From contig OZ024740.1 of NCBI GenBank assembly GCA_964016885.1, positions 3,658,001-3,722,000 of the forward strand: a stretch of DNA of 64,000 nucleotides, given 5' to 3'. The DNA is from Eledone cirrhosa. Lineage: Eukaryota. Below the pieces are notes generated by a model. It worked only from the letters and a program-made list of their open reading frames with translations, did not search any database and was not told the origin of the DNA. Within the stretch, counting starts at the first letter, position 1; each line of letters opens with the position of its first letter. Positions 24,601 to 37,870 of the stretch are shown one piece after another. Both the position numbers and the translations under genes were made by a program.

Positions 24601-27600
24601 GTGGTGTAGGTGGTGTTGGTGGTGTAGGTGGTGTAGGTGGTGTTGGTGGTGTAGGTGGTGTGGGTGGTGTAGGTGGTGTAGGTGGTGTTGGTGGTGTAGG
24701 TGGTGTGGGTGGTGTAGGTGGTGTAGGTGGTTTTGGTGGTGTAGGTGGTGTGGGTGGTGTAGGTGGTGTAGGTGGTGTTGGTGGTGTGGGTGGTGTTGGT
24801 GGTGTAGGTGGTGTAGGTGGTGTTGGTGGTGTTGGTGGTGTAGGTGGTGTTGGTGGTGTTGGTGGTGTGGGTGGTTTTGGTGGTGTTGGTGGTGTTGGTG
24901 GTGTAGGTGGTGTTGGTGGTGTTGGTGGTGTAGGTGGTGTTGGTGGTGTTGGTGGTGTGGGTGGTGTTGGTGGTGTAGGTGGTGTTGGTGTTGTAGGTGG
25001 TGTAGGTGGTGTAGGTGGTGTTGGTGGTGTAGGTGGTGTGGGTGGTGTTGGTGCTGTAGGTGGTGTTGGTGGTGTAGGTGGTGTTGGTGGTGTTGGTGGT
25101 GTTGGTGGTGCTGGTGGTGTTGGTGGTGTTGGTGGTGTAGGTGGTGTAGCTGGTGTAGGTGGTGTTGGTGGTGTTGGTGGTGCTGGTGGTGTAGGTGGCA
25201 TTGGTGGTTTGGTGGCATTGGTGGTGTAGGTGGTGTGGGTGGTGTAGGTGGTGTAGGTGGTGTAGGTGGTGTGGGTGGTGTAGGTGGTGTTGGTGGTGTA
25301 GGTGGTGTTGGTGGTGTAGGTGGTGTGAGTGGTGTTGGTGGTGTAGGTGGTGTAGGTGGTGTAGGTGGTGTAGGTGGTGTAGGTGGTGTTGGTGGTGTGG
25401 GTGGTGTTGGTGGTGTAGGTGGTGTAGGTGGTGTTGGTGGTGTAGGTGGTGTAGGTGGTGTGGGTGGTGTTGGTGGTGTTGGTGGTGTAGGTGGTGTGGG
25501 TGGTGTAGGTGGTGTAGGTGGTGTGGGTGGTGTTGGTGGTGTGGGTGGTGTAGGTGGTGTTGGTGTTGTAGGTGGTGTTGGTGGTGTGGGTGGTGTAGGT
25601 GGTGTGGGTGGTGTTGGTGGTGTAGGTGGTGTTGGTGTTGTAGGTGGTGTTGGTGGTGTAGGTGGTGTAGGTGGTGTAGGTGGTGTAGGTGGTGTAGGTG
25701 GTGTTGGTGGTGTGGGTGGTGTTGGTGGTGTAGGTGGTGTAGGTGGTGTTGGTGGTGTAGGTGGTGTTGGTGGTGTGGGTGGTTTTGGTGGTGTAGGTGG
25801 TGTAGGTGGTGTGGGTGGTGTAGGTGGTGTAGGTGGTGTAGGTGGTGTTGGTGGTGTGGGTGGTGTAGGTGGTGTTGGTGTTGTAGGTGGTGTTGGTGGT
25901 GTGTGTGGTGTAGGTGGTGTGGGTGGTGTTGGTGGTGTAGGTGGTGTTGGTGTTGTAGGTGGTGTAGGTGGTGTTGGTGGTGTAGGTGGTGTTGGTGGTG
26001 TGGGTGGTGTTGGTGGTGTAGGTGGTGTAGGTGGTGTGGGTGGTGTTGGTGGTGTAGGTGGTGTTGGTGGTGTAGGTGGTGTTGGTGGTGTAGGTGGTGT
26101 AGGTGGTGTTGGTGGTGTGGGTGGTGTAGGTGGTGTGGGTGGTGTTGGTGGTGTAGGTGGTGTTGGTGTTGTAGGTGGTGTAGGTGGTGTTGGTGGTGTA
26201 GGTGGTGTTGGTGGTGTGGGTGGTGTTGGTGGTGTAGGTGGTGTAGGTGGTGTGGGTGGTGTTGGTGGAGTAGGTGGTGTTGGTGGTGTAGGTGGTGTTG
26301 GTGGTGTAGGTGGTGTAGGTGGTGTCAGTGGTGTTGGTGGTGTTGGTGTTGTAGGTGGTGTCAGTGGTGTAGGTGGTGTTGGTGGTGTGGGTGGTGTAGG
26401 TGGTGTTGGTGGTGTAGGTGGTGTAGGTGGTGTCAGTGGTGTAGGTGGTGTAGGTGGTGTAGGTGGTGTAGGTGGTGTGGGTGGTTTTGGTGGTGTAGGT
26501 GGTGTAGGTGGTGTGGGTGGTGTAGGTGGTGTAGGTGGTGTAGGTGGTGTTGGTGGTGTGGGTGGTGTAGGTGGTGTTGGTGTTGTAGGTGGTGTTGGTG
26601 GTGTGGGTGGTGTGGGTGGTGTTGGTGGTGTTGGTGGTGTTGGTGGTGTTAGTGGTGCAGGTGGTGTTGGTGGTGTTGGTGGTGTGGGTGGTGTTGGTGG
26701 TGTAGGTGGTGTTGGTGGTGTTGGTGGTGTTGGTGGTGTTGGTGGTGTAGGTGGTGTTGGTGGTGTTGGTGGTGTAGGTGGTGTTGGTGGTGTTGGTGGT
26801 GTGGGTGGTGTTGGTGGTGTAGGTGGTGTTGGTGTTGTAGGTGGTGTAGGTGGTGTAGGTGGTGTTGGTGGTGTAGGTGGTGTGGGTGGTGTTGGTGCTG
26901 TAGGTGGTGTTGGTGGTGTAGGTGGTGTTGGTGGTGTTGGTGGTGTTGGTGGTGCTGGTGGTGTTGGTGGTGTTGGTGGTGTAGGTGGTGTAGCTGGTGT
27001 AGGTGGTGTTGGTGGTGTTGGTGGTGCTGGTGGTGTAGGTGGCATTGGTGGTTTGGTGGCATTGGTGGTGTAGGTGGTGTGGGTGGTGTAGGTGGTGTAG
27101 GTGGTGTAGGTGGTGTGGGTGGTGTAGGTGGTGTTGGTGGTGTAGGTGGTGTTGGTGGTGTAGGTGGTGTGAGTGGTGTTGGTGGTGTAGGTGGTGTAGG
27201 TGGTGTAGGTGGTGTAGGTGGTGTAGGTGGTGTTGGTGGTGTGGGTGGTGTTGGTGGTGTAGGTGGTGTAGGTGGTGTTGGTGGTGTAGGTGGTGTAGGT
27301 GGTGTGGGTGGTGTTGGTGGTGTTGGTGGTGTAGGTGGTGTGGGTTGTGTAGGTGGTGTAGGTGGTGTTGGTGGTGTGGGTGGTGTAGGTGGTGTTGGTG
27401 TTGTAGGTGGTGTTGGTGGTGTGGGTGGTGTAGGTGGTGTGGGTGGTGTTGGTGGTGTAGGTGGTGTTGGTGTTGTAGGTGGTGTTGGTGGTGTAGGTGG
27501 TGTAGGTGGTGTAGGTGGTGTAGGTGGTGTAGGTGGTGTTGGTGGTGTGGGTGGTGTTGGTGGTGTAGGTGGTGTAGGTGGTGTTGGTGGTGTAGGTGGT

Positions 27601-30600
27601 GTTGGTGGTGTGGGTGGTTTTGGTGGTGTAGGTGGTGTAGGTGGTGTGGGTGGTGTAGGTGGTGTAGGTTGTGTAGGTGGTGTTGGTGGTGTGGGTGGTG
27701 TAGGTGGTGTTGGTGTTGTAGGTGGTGTTGGTGGTGTGTGTGGTGTAGGTGGTGTGGGTGGTGTTGGTGGTGTAGGTGGTGTTGGTGTTGTAGGTGGTGT
27801 AGGTGGTGTTGGTGGTGTAGGTGGTGTTGGTGGTGTGGGTGGTGTTGGTGGTGTAGGTGGTGTAGGTGGTGTGGGTGGTGTTGGTGGTGTAGGTGGTGTT
27901 GGTGGTGTAGGTGGTGTTGGTGGTGTAGGTGGTGTAGGTGGTGTTGGTGGTGTGGGTGGTGTAGGTGGTGTGGGTGGTGTTGGTGGTGTAGGTGGTGTTG
28001 GTGTTGTAGGTGGTGTAGGTGGTGTTGGTGGTGTAGGTGGTGTTGGTGGTGTGGGTGGTGTTGGTGGTGTAGGTGGTGTAGGTGGTGTGGGTGGTGTTGG
28101 TGGAGTAGGTGGTGTTGGTGGTGTAGGTGGTGTTGGTGGTGTAGGTGGTGTAGGTGGTGTCAGTGGTGTTGGTGGTGTTGGTGTTGTAGGTGGTGTCAGT
28201 GGTGTAGGTGGTGTTGGTGGTGTTGGTGGTGTAGGTGGTGTTGGTGGTGTAGGTGGTGTAGGTGGTGTCAGTGGTGTAGGTGGTGTAGGTGGTGTAGGTG
28301 GTGTAGGTGGTGTGGGTGGTTTTGGTGGTGTAGGTGGTGTAGGTGGTGTGGGTGGTGTAGGTGGTGTAGGTGGTGTAGGTGGTGTTGGTGGTGTGGGTGG
28401 TGTAGGTGGTGTTGGTGTTGTAGGTGGTGTTGGTGGTGTGGGTGGTGTGGGTGGTGTTGGTGGTGTTGGTGGTGTTGGTGGTGTTAGTGGTGCAGGTGGT
28501 GTTGGTGGTGTTGGTGGTGTGGGTGGTGTTGGTGGTGTAGGTGGTGTTGGTGGTGTTGGTGGTGTTGGTGGTGTTGGTGGTGTAGGTGGTGTAGGTGGTG
28601 TAGGTGGTGTTGGTGGTGTAGGTGGTGTAGGTGGTGTTGGTGGTGTGGGTGGTGTAGGTGGTGTTGGTGGTGTGGGTGGTGTTGGTGTTGTAGGTGGTGT
28701 AGGTGGTGTTGGTGGTGTAGGTGGTGTTGGTGGTGTGGGTGGTGTTGGTGGTGTAGGTGGTGTAGGTGGTGTGGGTGGTGTTGGTGGAGTAGGTGGTGTT
28801 GGTGGTGTAGGTGGTGTTGGTGGTGTAGGTGGTGTAGGTGGTGTCAGTGGTGTTGGTGGTGTTGGTGTTGTAGGTGGTGTCAGTGGTGTAGGTGGTGTTG
28901 GTGGTGTGGGTGGTGTAGGTGGTGTTGGTGGTGTAGGTGGTGTAGGTGGTGTCAGTGGTGTAGGTGGTGTAGGTGGTGTAGGTGGTGTAGGTGGTGTGGG
29001 TGGTTTTGGTGGTGTAGGTGGTGTAGGTGGTGTGGGTGGTGTAGGTGGTGTAGGTGGTGTAGGTGGTGTTGGTGGTGTGGGTGGTGTAGGTGGTGTTGGT
29101 GTTGTAGGTGGTGTTGGTGGTGTGGGTGGTGTGGGTGGTGTTGGTGGTGTTGGTGGTGTTGGTGGTGTTAGTGGTGCAGGTGGTGTTGGTGGTGTTGGTG
29201 GTGTGGGTGGTGTTGGTGGTGTAGGTGGTGTTGGTGGTGTTGGTGGTGTTGGTGGTGTTGGTGGTGTAGGTGGTGTAGGTGGTGTAGGTGGTGTTGGTGG
29301 TGTAGGTGGTGTAGGTGGTGTTGGTGGTGTGGGTGGTGTAGGTGGTGTTGGTGGTGTGGGTGGTGTAGGTGGTGTGGGTGGTGTTGGTGGTGTTAGTGGT
29401 GTAGGTGGTGTTGGTGGTGTGGGTGGTGTAGGTGGTGTTGGTGGTGTAGGTGGTGTAGGTGGTGTTGGTGGTGTGGGTGGTGTAGGTGGTGTGGGTGGTG
29501 TTGGTGGTGTAGGTGGTGTAGGTTGTGTTGGTGGTGTGGGTGGTGTAGGTGGTGTTGGTGGTGTTGGTGGTGTAGGTGGTGTTGGTGGTGTAGGTGGTGT
29601 TGGTGGTGTGGGTGGTGTTGGTGGTGTAGGTGGTGTTGGTGGTGTTGGTGGTGTAGGTGGTGTTGGTGGTGTAGGTGGTGTTGGTGGTGTAGGTGGTGTA
29701 GGTGGTGTGGGTGGTGTTGGTGGTGTAGGTGGTGTTGGTGGTGTTGGTGGTGTAGGTGGTGTTGGTGGTGTAGGTGGTGTTGGTGGTGTAGGTGGTGTAG
29801 GTGGTGTTGGTGGTGTAGGTGGTGTTGGTGGTGTTGGTGTTGTAGGTGGTGTAGGTGGTGTAGGTGGTGTAGGTGGTGTAGGTGGTGTAGGTGGTGTTGG
29901 TGGTGTAGGTGGTGTAGGTGGTGTAGGTGGTGTAGGTGGTGTTGGTGGTGTTGGTGGTGTAGGTGGTGTTGGTGGTGTAGGTGGTGTAGGTGGTGTTGGT
30001 GGTGTTGGTGGTGTGGGTGGTGTTGGTGGTGTAGGTAGTGTTGGTGTTGTAGGTGGTGTAGGTGGTGTAGGTGGTGTAGGTGGTGTTGGTGGTGTAGGTG
30101 GTGTAGTGGTGTAGGTGGTGTAGGTGGTGTAGGTGGTGTTGGTGGTGTAGGTGGTGTTGGTGGTGTAGGTGGTGTAGGTGGTGTAGGTGGTGTAGGTGGT
30201 GTTGGTGGTGTTGGTGGTGTAGGTGGTGTTGGTGGTGTTGGTGGTGTAGGTGGTGTTGGTGTTGTAGGTGGTGTAGGTGGTGTAGGTGGTGTAGGTGGTG
30301 TTGGTGGTGTAGGTGGTGTAGGTGGTGTAGGTGGTGTAGGTGGTGTTGGTGGTGTTGGTGGTGTAGGTGGTGTTGGTGGTGTAGGTGGTGTAGGTGGTGT
30401 AGGTGGTGTTGGTGGTGTGGGTGGTGTTGGTGGTGTAGGTGGTGTTGGTGGTGTAGGTGGTGTAGGTGGTGTAGGTGGTGTAGGTGGTGTAGGTGGTGTT
30501 GGTGGTGTGGGTGGTGTTGGTGGTGTAGGTGGTGTTGGTGTTGTAGGTGGTGTAGGTGGTGTAGGTGGTGTAGGTGGTGTAGGTGGTGTTGGTGGTGTAG

Positions 30601-33600
30601 GTGGTGTAGGTGGTGTCAGTGGTGTAGGTGGTGTAGGTGGTGTGGGTGGTGTTGGTGGTGTAGGTGGTGTTGGTGTTGTAGGTGGTGTAGGTGGTGTAGG
30701 TGGTGTAGGTGGTGTAGGTGGTGTTGGTGGTGTAGGTGGTGTAGGTGGTGTCAGTGGTGTAGGTGGTGTAGGTGGTGTGGGTGGTGTTGGTGGTGTGGGT
30801 GGTGTTGGTGGTGTAGGTGGTGTAGGTGGTGTAGGTGGTGTAGGTGGTGTTGGTGGTGTGGGTGGTGTTGGTGGTGTAGGTGGTGTTGGTGTTGTAGGTG
30901 GTGTAGGTGGTGTAGGTGGTGTAGGTGGTGTAGGTGGTGGTGGTGGTGTAGGTGGTGTAGGTGGTGTCAGTGGTGTAGGTGGTGTAGGTGGTGTAGGTGG
31001 TGTAGGTGGTGTTGGTGGTGTAGGTGGTGTTGGTGGTGTAGGTGGTGTAGGTGGTGTAGGTGGTGTTGGTGGTGTAGGTGGTGTAGGTGGTGTTGGTGGT
31101 GTGGGTGGTGTAGGTGGTGTTGGTGGTGTGGGTGGTGTAGGTGGTGTGGGTGGTGTTGGTGGTGTTAGTGGTGTAGGTGGTGTAGGTGGTGTTGGTGGTG
31201 TAGGTGGTGTTGGTGGTGTGGGTGGTGTTGGTGGTGTAGGTGGTGTTGGTGGTGTTGGTGGTGTAGGTGGTGTTGGTGGTGTAGGTGGTGTCAGTGGTGT
31301 AGGTGGTGTAGGTGGTGTAGGTGGTGTTGGTGGTGTAGGTGGTGTAGGTGGTGTCAGTGGTGTAGGTGGTGTAGGTGGTGTAGGTGGTGTTGGTGGTCTA
31401 GGCGGTGTAGGTGGTGTCAGTGGTGTAGGTGGTGTTGGTGGTGTGGGTGGTGTAGGTGGTGTTGGTGGTGTAGGTGGTGTAGGTGGTGTTGGTGGTGTAG
31501 GTGGTGTAGGTGGTGTAGGTGGTGTTGGTGGTGTAGGTGGTGTCAGTGGTGTAGGTGGTGTAGGTGGTGTAGGTGGTGTTGGTGGTGTAGGTCGTGTAGG
31601 TGGTGTCAGTGGTGTAGGTGGTGTTGGTGGTGTGGGTGGTGTAGGTGGTGTGGGTGGTGTAGGTGGTGTAGGTGGTGTTGGTGGTGTGGGTGGTGTAGGT
31701 GGTGTGGGTGGTGTTGGTGGTGTAGGTGGTGTAGGTGGTGTTGGTGGTGTGGGTGGTGTAGGTGGTGTTGGTGGTGTTGGTGGTGTAGGTGGTGTTGGTG
31801 GTGTAGGTGGTGTTGGTGGTGTAGGTGGTGTAGGTGGTGTGGGTGGTGTTGGTGGTGTAGGTGGTGTTGGTGGTGTAGGTGGTGTCAGTGGTGTAGCTGG
31901 TGTTGGTGGTGTGGGTGGTGTAGGTGGTGTTGGTGTTGTAGGTGGTGTTGGTGGTGTTGGTGGTGTAGGTGGTGTAGGTGGTGTTGGTGTTGTAGGTGGT
32001 GTAGGTGGTGTTGGTGGTGTGGGTGGTGTAGGTGGTGTGGGTGGTGTTGGTGGTGTAGGTGGTGTAGGTGGTGTTGGTGGTGTGGGTGGTGTAGGTAGTG
32101 TAGGTGGTGTTGGTGTTGTAGGTGGTGTAGGTGGTGTAGGTGGTGTTGGTGCTGTTGGTGGTGTAGGTGGTGTTGGTGGTGTAGGTGGTGTAGATGGTGT
32201 TGGTGGTGTTGGTGGTGTTGGTGGTGTAGGTGGTGTAGGTGGTGTAGGTGGTGTAGGTGGTGTTGGTGGTGTAGGTGGTGTAGGTGGTGTCAGTGGTGTA
32301 GGTGGTGTAGGTGGTGTAGGTGGTGTAGGTGGTGTTGGTGGTGTAGGTGGTGTTGGTGGTGTAGGTGGTGTAGGTGGTGTAGGTGGTGTAGGTGGTGTTG
32401 GTGGTGTTGGTGGTGTAGGTGGTGTTGGTGGTGTTGGTGGTGTAGGTGGTGTTGGTGTTGTAGGTGGTGTAGGTGGTGTAGGTGGTGTAGGTGGTGTTGG
32501 TGGTGTAGGTGGTGTAGGTGGTGTAGGTGGTGTAGGTGGTGTTGGTGGTGTTGGTGGTGTAGGTGGTGTTGGTGGTGTAGGTGGTGTAGGTGGTGTAGGT
32601 GGTGTTGGTGGTGTGGGTGGTGTTGGTGGTGTAGGTGGTGTTGGTGTTGTAGGTGGTGTAGGTGGTGTAGGTGGTGTAGGTGGTGTAGGTGGTGTAGGTG
32701 GTGTTGGTGGTGTGGGTGGTGTTGGTGGTGTAGGTGGTGTTGGTGTTGTAGGTGGTGTAGGTGGTGTAGGTGGTGTAGGTGGTGTAGGTGGTGTTGGTGG
32801 TGTAGGTGGTGTAGGTGGTGTCAGTGGTGTAGGTGGTGTAGGTGGTGTGGGTGGTGTTGGTGGTGTAGGTGGTGTTGGTGTTGTAGGTGGTGTAGGTGGT
32901 GTAGGTGGTGTAGGTGGTGTTGGTGGTGTAGGTGGTGTAGGTGGTGTCAGTGGTGTAGGTGGTGTAGGTGGTGTGGGTGGTGTTGGTGGTGTGGGTGGTG
33001 TTGGTGGTGTAGGTGGTGTAGGTGATGTAGGTGGTGTAGGTGGTGTTGGTGGTGTGGGTGGTGTTGGTGGTGTAGGTGGTGTTGGTGTTGTAGGTGGTGT
33101 AGGTGGTGTAGGTGGTGTTGGTGGTGTAGGTGGTGTTGGTGGTGTAGGTGGTGTAGGTGGTGTCAGTGGTGTAGGTGGTGTAGGTGGTGTAGGTGGTGTA
33201 GGTGGTGTTGGTGGTGTAGGTGGTGTTGGTGGTGTAGGTGGTGTAGGTGGTGTAGGTGGTGTTGGTGGTGTAGGTGGTGTAGGTGGTGTTGGTGGTGTGG
33301 GTGGTGTAGGTGGTGTTGGTGGTGTGGGTGGTGTAGGTGGTGTGGGTGGTGTTGGTGGTGTTAGTGGTGTAGGTGGTGTAGGTGGTGTTGGTGGTGTAGG
33401 TGGTGTTGGTGGTGTTGGTGGTGTAGGTGGTGTTGGTGGTGTTGGTGCTGTAGGTGGTGTTGGTGGTGTAGGTGGTGTCAGTGGTGTAGGTGGTGTAGGT
33501 GGTGTAGGTGGTGTTGGTGGTGTAGGTGGTGTAGGTGGTGTCAGTGGTGTAGGTGGTGTAGGTGGTGTTGGTGGTCTAGGCGGTGTAGGTGGTGTCAGTG

Positions 33601-36600
33601 GTGTAGGTGGTGTTGGTGGTGTGAGTGGTGTAGGTGGTGTTGGTGGTGTAGGTGGTGTAGGTGGTGTTGGTGGTGTAGGTGGTGTAGGTGGTGTAGGTGG
33701 TGTTGGTGGTGTAGGTGGTGTCAGTGGTGTAGGTGGTGTAGGTGGTGTAGGTGGTGTAGGTGGTGTTGGTGGTGTAGGTCGTGTAGGTGGTGTCAGTGGT
33801 GTAGGTGGTGTTGGTGGTGTGGGTGGTGTAGGTGGTGTGGGTGGTGTAGGTGGTGTAGGTGGTGTTGGTGGTGTGGGTGGTGTAGGTGGTGTGGGTGGTG
33901 TTGGTGGTGTGGGTGGTGTAGGTGGTGTTGGTGGTGTGGGTGGTGTAGGTGGTGTTGGTGGTGTTGGTGGTGTAGGTGGTGTTGGTGGTGTAGGTGGTGT
34001 TGGTGGTGTAGGTGGTGTAGGTGGTGTGGGTGGTGTTTGTGGTGTAGGTGGTGTTGGTGGTGTAGGTGGTGTCAGTGGTGTAGCTGGTGTTGGTGGTGTG
34101 GGTGGTGTAGGTGGTGTTGGTGTTGTAGGTGGTGTAGGTGGTGTTGGTGGTGTGGGTGGTGTAGGTGGTGTGGGTGGTGTTGGTGGTGTAGGTGGTGTAG
34201 GTGGTGTTGGTGGTGTGGGTGGTGTTGGTGTTGTAGGTGGTGTAGGTGGTGTAGGTGGTGTTGGTGGTGTGGGTGGTGTAGGTAGTGTAGGTGGTGTTGG
34301 TGTTGTAGGTGGTGTAGGTGGTGTAGGTGGTGTTGGTGGTGTTGGTGGTGTAGGTGGTGTTGGTGGTGTAGGTGGTGTAGATGGTGTTGGTGGTGTTGGT
34401 GTTGTAGGTGGTGTAGGTGGTGTAGGTGGTGTTGGTGGTGTGGGTGGTGTAGGTGGTGTGGGTGGTGTTGGTGGTGTAGGTGGTGTAGCTGGTGTAGGTG
34501 GTGTAGGTGGTGTTGGTTGTGTTGGTGGTGTTGGTGGTGTAGGTGGTGTTGGTGGTGTAGGTGGTGTGGGTGGTGTTGGTGGTGTAGGTGGTGTAGGTGG
34601 TGTTGGTGGTGTGGGTGGTGTAGGTGGTGTTGGTGGTGTAGGTGGTGTAGGTGGTGTTGGTGGTGTAGGTGGTGTAGGTGGTGTTGGTGGTGTGGGTGGT
34701 GTAGGTGGTGTTGGTGGTGTAGGTGGTGTAGGTGGTGTTGGTGTTGTAGGTGGTGTAGGTGGTGTAGGTGGTGTTGGTGGTGTTGGTGGTGTAGGTGGTG
34801 TTGGTGGTGTAGGTGGTGTAGGTGGTGTTGGTGTTGTAGGTGGTGTAGGTGGTGTAGGTGGTGTTGGTGGTGTGGGTGGTGTAGGTGGTGTGGGTGGTGT
34901 TGGTGGTGTAGGTGGTGTAGGTGTTGTAGGTGGTGTAGGTGGTGTTGGTTGTGTTGGTGGTGTTGGTGGTGTAGCTGGTGTTGGTGTTGTAGGTGGTGTA
35001 GGTGGTGTTGGTGGTGTGGGTGGTGTAGGTGGTGTAGGTGGTGTTGGTGGTGTTGGTGGTGTAGGTGGTGTTGGTGGTGTTGGTGGTGTTGGTGGTGCTG
35101 GTGGTGTTGGTGGTGTTGGTGGTGTAGGTGGTGTTGCAGGTGTAGGTGGTGTGGGTGGTGTAGGTGGTGTAGGTGGTGTTGGTGTTGTAGGTGGTGTAGG
35201 TGGTGTAGGTGGTGTAGGTGGTGTAGGTGGTGTTGGTGGTGTAGGTGGTGTAGGTGGTGTCAGTGGTGTAGGTGGTGTAGGTGGTGTGGGTGGTGTTGGT
35301 GGTGTGGGTGGTGTTGGTGGTGTAGGTGGTGTAGGTGGTGTAGGTGGTGTAGGTGGTGTTGGTGGTGTGGGTGGTGTTGGTGGTGTAGGTGGTGTTGGTG
35401 TTGTAGGTGGTGTAGGTGGTGTAGGTGGTGTTGGTGGTGTAGGTGGTGTTGGTGGTGTAGGTGGTGTAGGTGGTGTCAGTGGTGTAGGTGGTGTAGGTGG
35501 TGTAGGTGGTGTAGGTGGTGTTGGTGGTGTAGGTGGTGTTGGTGGTGTAGGTGGTGTAGGTGGTGTAGGTGGTGTTGGTGGTGTAGGTGGTGTAGGTGGT
35601 GTTGGTGGTGTGGGTGGTGTAGGTGGTGTTGGTGGTGTGGGTGGTGTAGGTGGTGTGGGTGGTGTTGGTGGTGTTAGTGGTGTAGGTGGTGTAGGTGGTG
35701 TTGGTGGTGTAGGTGGTGTTGGTGGTGTGGGTGGTGTTGGTGGTGTAGGTGGTGTTGGTGGTGTTGGTGGTGTAGGTGGTGTTGGTGGTGTAGGTGGTGT
35801 AGGTGGTGTAGGTGGTGTAGGTGGTGTTGGTGGTGTAGGTGGTGTAGGTGGTGTCAGTGGTGTAGGTGGTGTAGGTGGTGTAGGTGGTGTTGGTGGTCTA
35901 GGCGGTGTAGGTGGTGTCAGTGGTGTAGGTGGTGTTGGTGGTGTGGGTGGTGTAGGTGGTGTTGGTGGTGTAGGTGGTGTAGGTGGTGTTGGTGGTGTAG
36001 GTGGTGTAGGTGGTGTAGGTGGTGTTGGTGGTGTAGGTGGTGTCAGTGGTGTAGGTGGTGTAGGTGGTGTAGGTGGTGTTGGTGGTGTAGGTCGTGTAGG
36101 TGGTGTCAGTGGTGTAGGTGGTGTTGGTGGTGTGGGTGGTGTAGGTGGTGTGGGTGGTGTAGGTGGTGTAGGTGGTGTTGGTGGTGTGGGTGGTGTAGGT
36201 GGTGTGGGTGGTGTTGGTGGTGTAGGTGGTGTAGGTGGTGTTGGTGGTGTGGGTGGTGTAGGTGGTGTTGGTGGTGTTGGTGGTGTAGGTGGTGTTGGTG
36301 GTGTAGGTGGTGTTGGTGGTGTAGGTGGTGTAGGTGGTGTGGGTGGTGTTTGTGGTGTAGGTGGTGTTGGTGGTGTAGGTGGTGTCAGTGGTGTAGCTGG
36401 TGTTGGTGGTGTGGGTGGTGTAGGTGGTGTTGGTGTTGTAGGTGGTGTAGGTGGTGTTGGTGGTGTGGGTGGTGTAGGTGGTGTGGGTGGTGTAGGTGGT
36501 GTGGGTGGTGTTGGTGGTGTAGGTGGTGTAGGTGGTGTTGGTGGTGTGGGTGGTGTAGGTGGTGTTGGTGGTGTTGGTGGTGTAGGTGGTGTTGGTGTTG

Positions 36601-37566
36601 TAGGTGGTGTAGGTGGTGTAGGTGGTGTTGGTGGTGTGGGTGGTGTAGGTAGTGTAGGTGGTGTTGGTGTTGTAGGTGGTGTAGGTGGTGTAGGTGGTGT
36701 TGGTGGTGTTGGTGGTGTAGGTGGTGTTGGTGGTGTAGGTGGTGTAGATGGTGTTGGTGGTGTTGGTGTTGTAGGTGGTGTAGGTGGTGTAGGTGGTGTT
36801 GGTGGTGTGGGTGGTGTAGGTGGTGTGGGTGGTGTTGGTGGTGTAGGTGGTGTAGCTGGTGTAGGTGGTGTAGGTGGTGTTGGTTGTGTTGGTGGTGTTG
36901 GTGGTGTAGGTGGTGTTGGTGGTGTAGGTGGTGTGGGTGGTGTTGGTGGTGTAGGTGGTGTAGGTGGTGTTGGTGGTGTGGGTGGTGTAGGTGGTGTTGG
37001 TGGTGTAGGTGGTGTAGGTGGTGTTGGTGGTGTAGGTGGTGTAGGTGGTGTTGGTGGTGTGGGTGGTGTAGGTGGTGTTGGTGGTGTAGGTGGTGTAGGT
37101 GGTGTTGGTGTTGTAGGTGGTGTAGGTGGTGTAGGTGGTGTTGGTGGTGTTGGTGGTGTAGGTGGTGTTGGTGGTGTAGGTGGTGTAGGTGGTGTTGGTG
37201 TTGTAGGTGGTGTAGGTGGTGTAGGTGGTGTTGGTGGTGTGGGTGGTGTAGGTGGTGTGGGTGGTGTTGGTGGTGTAGGTGGTGTAGGTGGTGTAGGTGG
37301 TGTAGGTGGTGTTGGTTGTGTTGGTGGTGTTGGTGGTGTAGGTGGTGTTGGTGTTGTAGGTGGTGTAGGTGGTGTTGGTGGTGTGGGTGGTGTAGGTGGT
37401 GTAGGTGGTGTTGGTGGTGTTGGTGGTGTAGGTGGTGTTGGTGGTGTTGGTGGTGTTGGTGGTGCTGGTGGTGTTGGTGGTGTTGGTGGTGTAGGTGGTG
37501 TTGCAGGTGTAGGTGGTGTGGGTGGTGTAGGTGGTGTAGGTGGTGTTGGTGGTGTAGGTGGTGTTG
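21601..37566. repeat. ~16 kb satellite of the 9-mer GGTGGTGT(A/T/G) with kb-scale higher-order repeats
   Basis: Direct reading; rare-variant markers recur at 1844 bp and ~2.2-2.3 kb spacing. Confidence 0.95.
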
Positions 37567-37650
37567 ATAGTCCCTATCATCTCATTTCTACAGCTGAGTA
37601 AACTGGAGCAATGTGAAATAAAGTGTCTTGCTCAAGGAAACAACACATCA
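37567..37650 (-). mobile_element. Internal fragment of the CORE-like SINE
   Basis: Matches 61797-61877. Confidence 0.85.
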
Positions 37651-37837
37651 TATATATATATATGTCAATACTCATCTTTTTCCATTTCTCTGAGGGTTCT
37701 TAACCCTACTATCAGGCTAAATAATTTCTTTAATTTCTTTAGACAAAATATGGTGATAGCTTACATTTATAATAATTTATATACATATATGTATATACAT
37801 GCATACATAAATATATACATACATACTTACATATATA

Positions 37838-37838
37838 T

Positions 37839-37870
<32 letters not shown>

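Noticed and set aside
25195-37567. WC-rich, His-rich and Thr-rich ORFs
   Set aside because: Alternative frames of the 9-mer satellite
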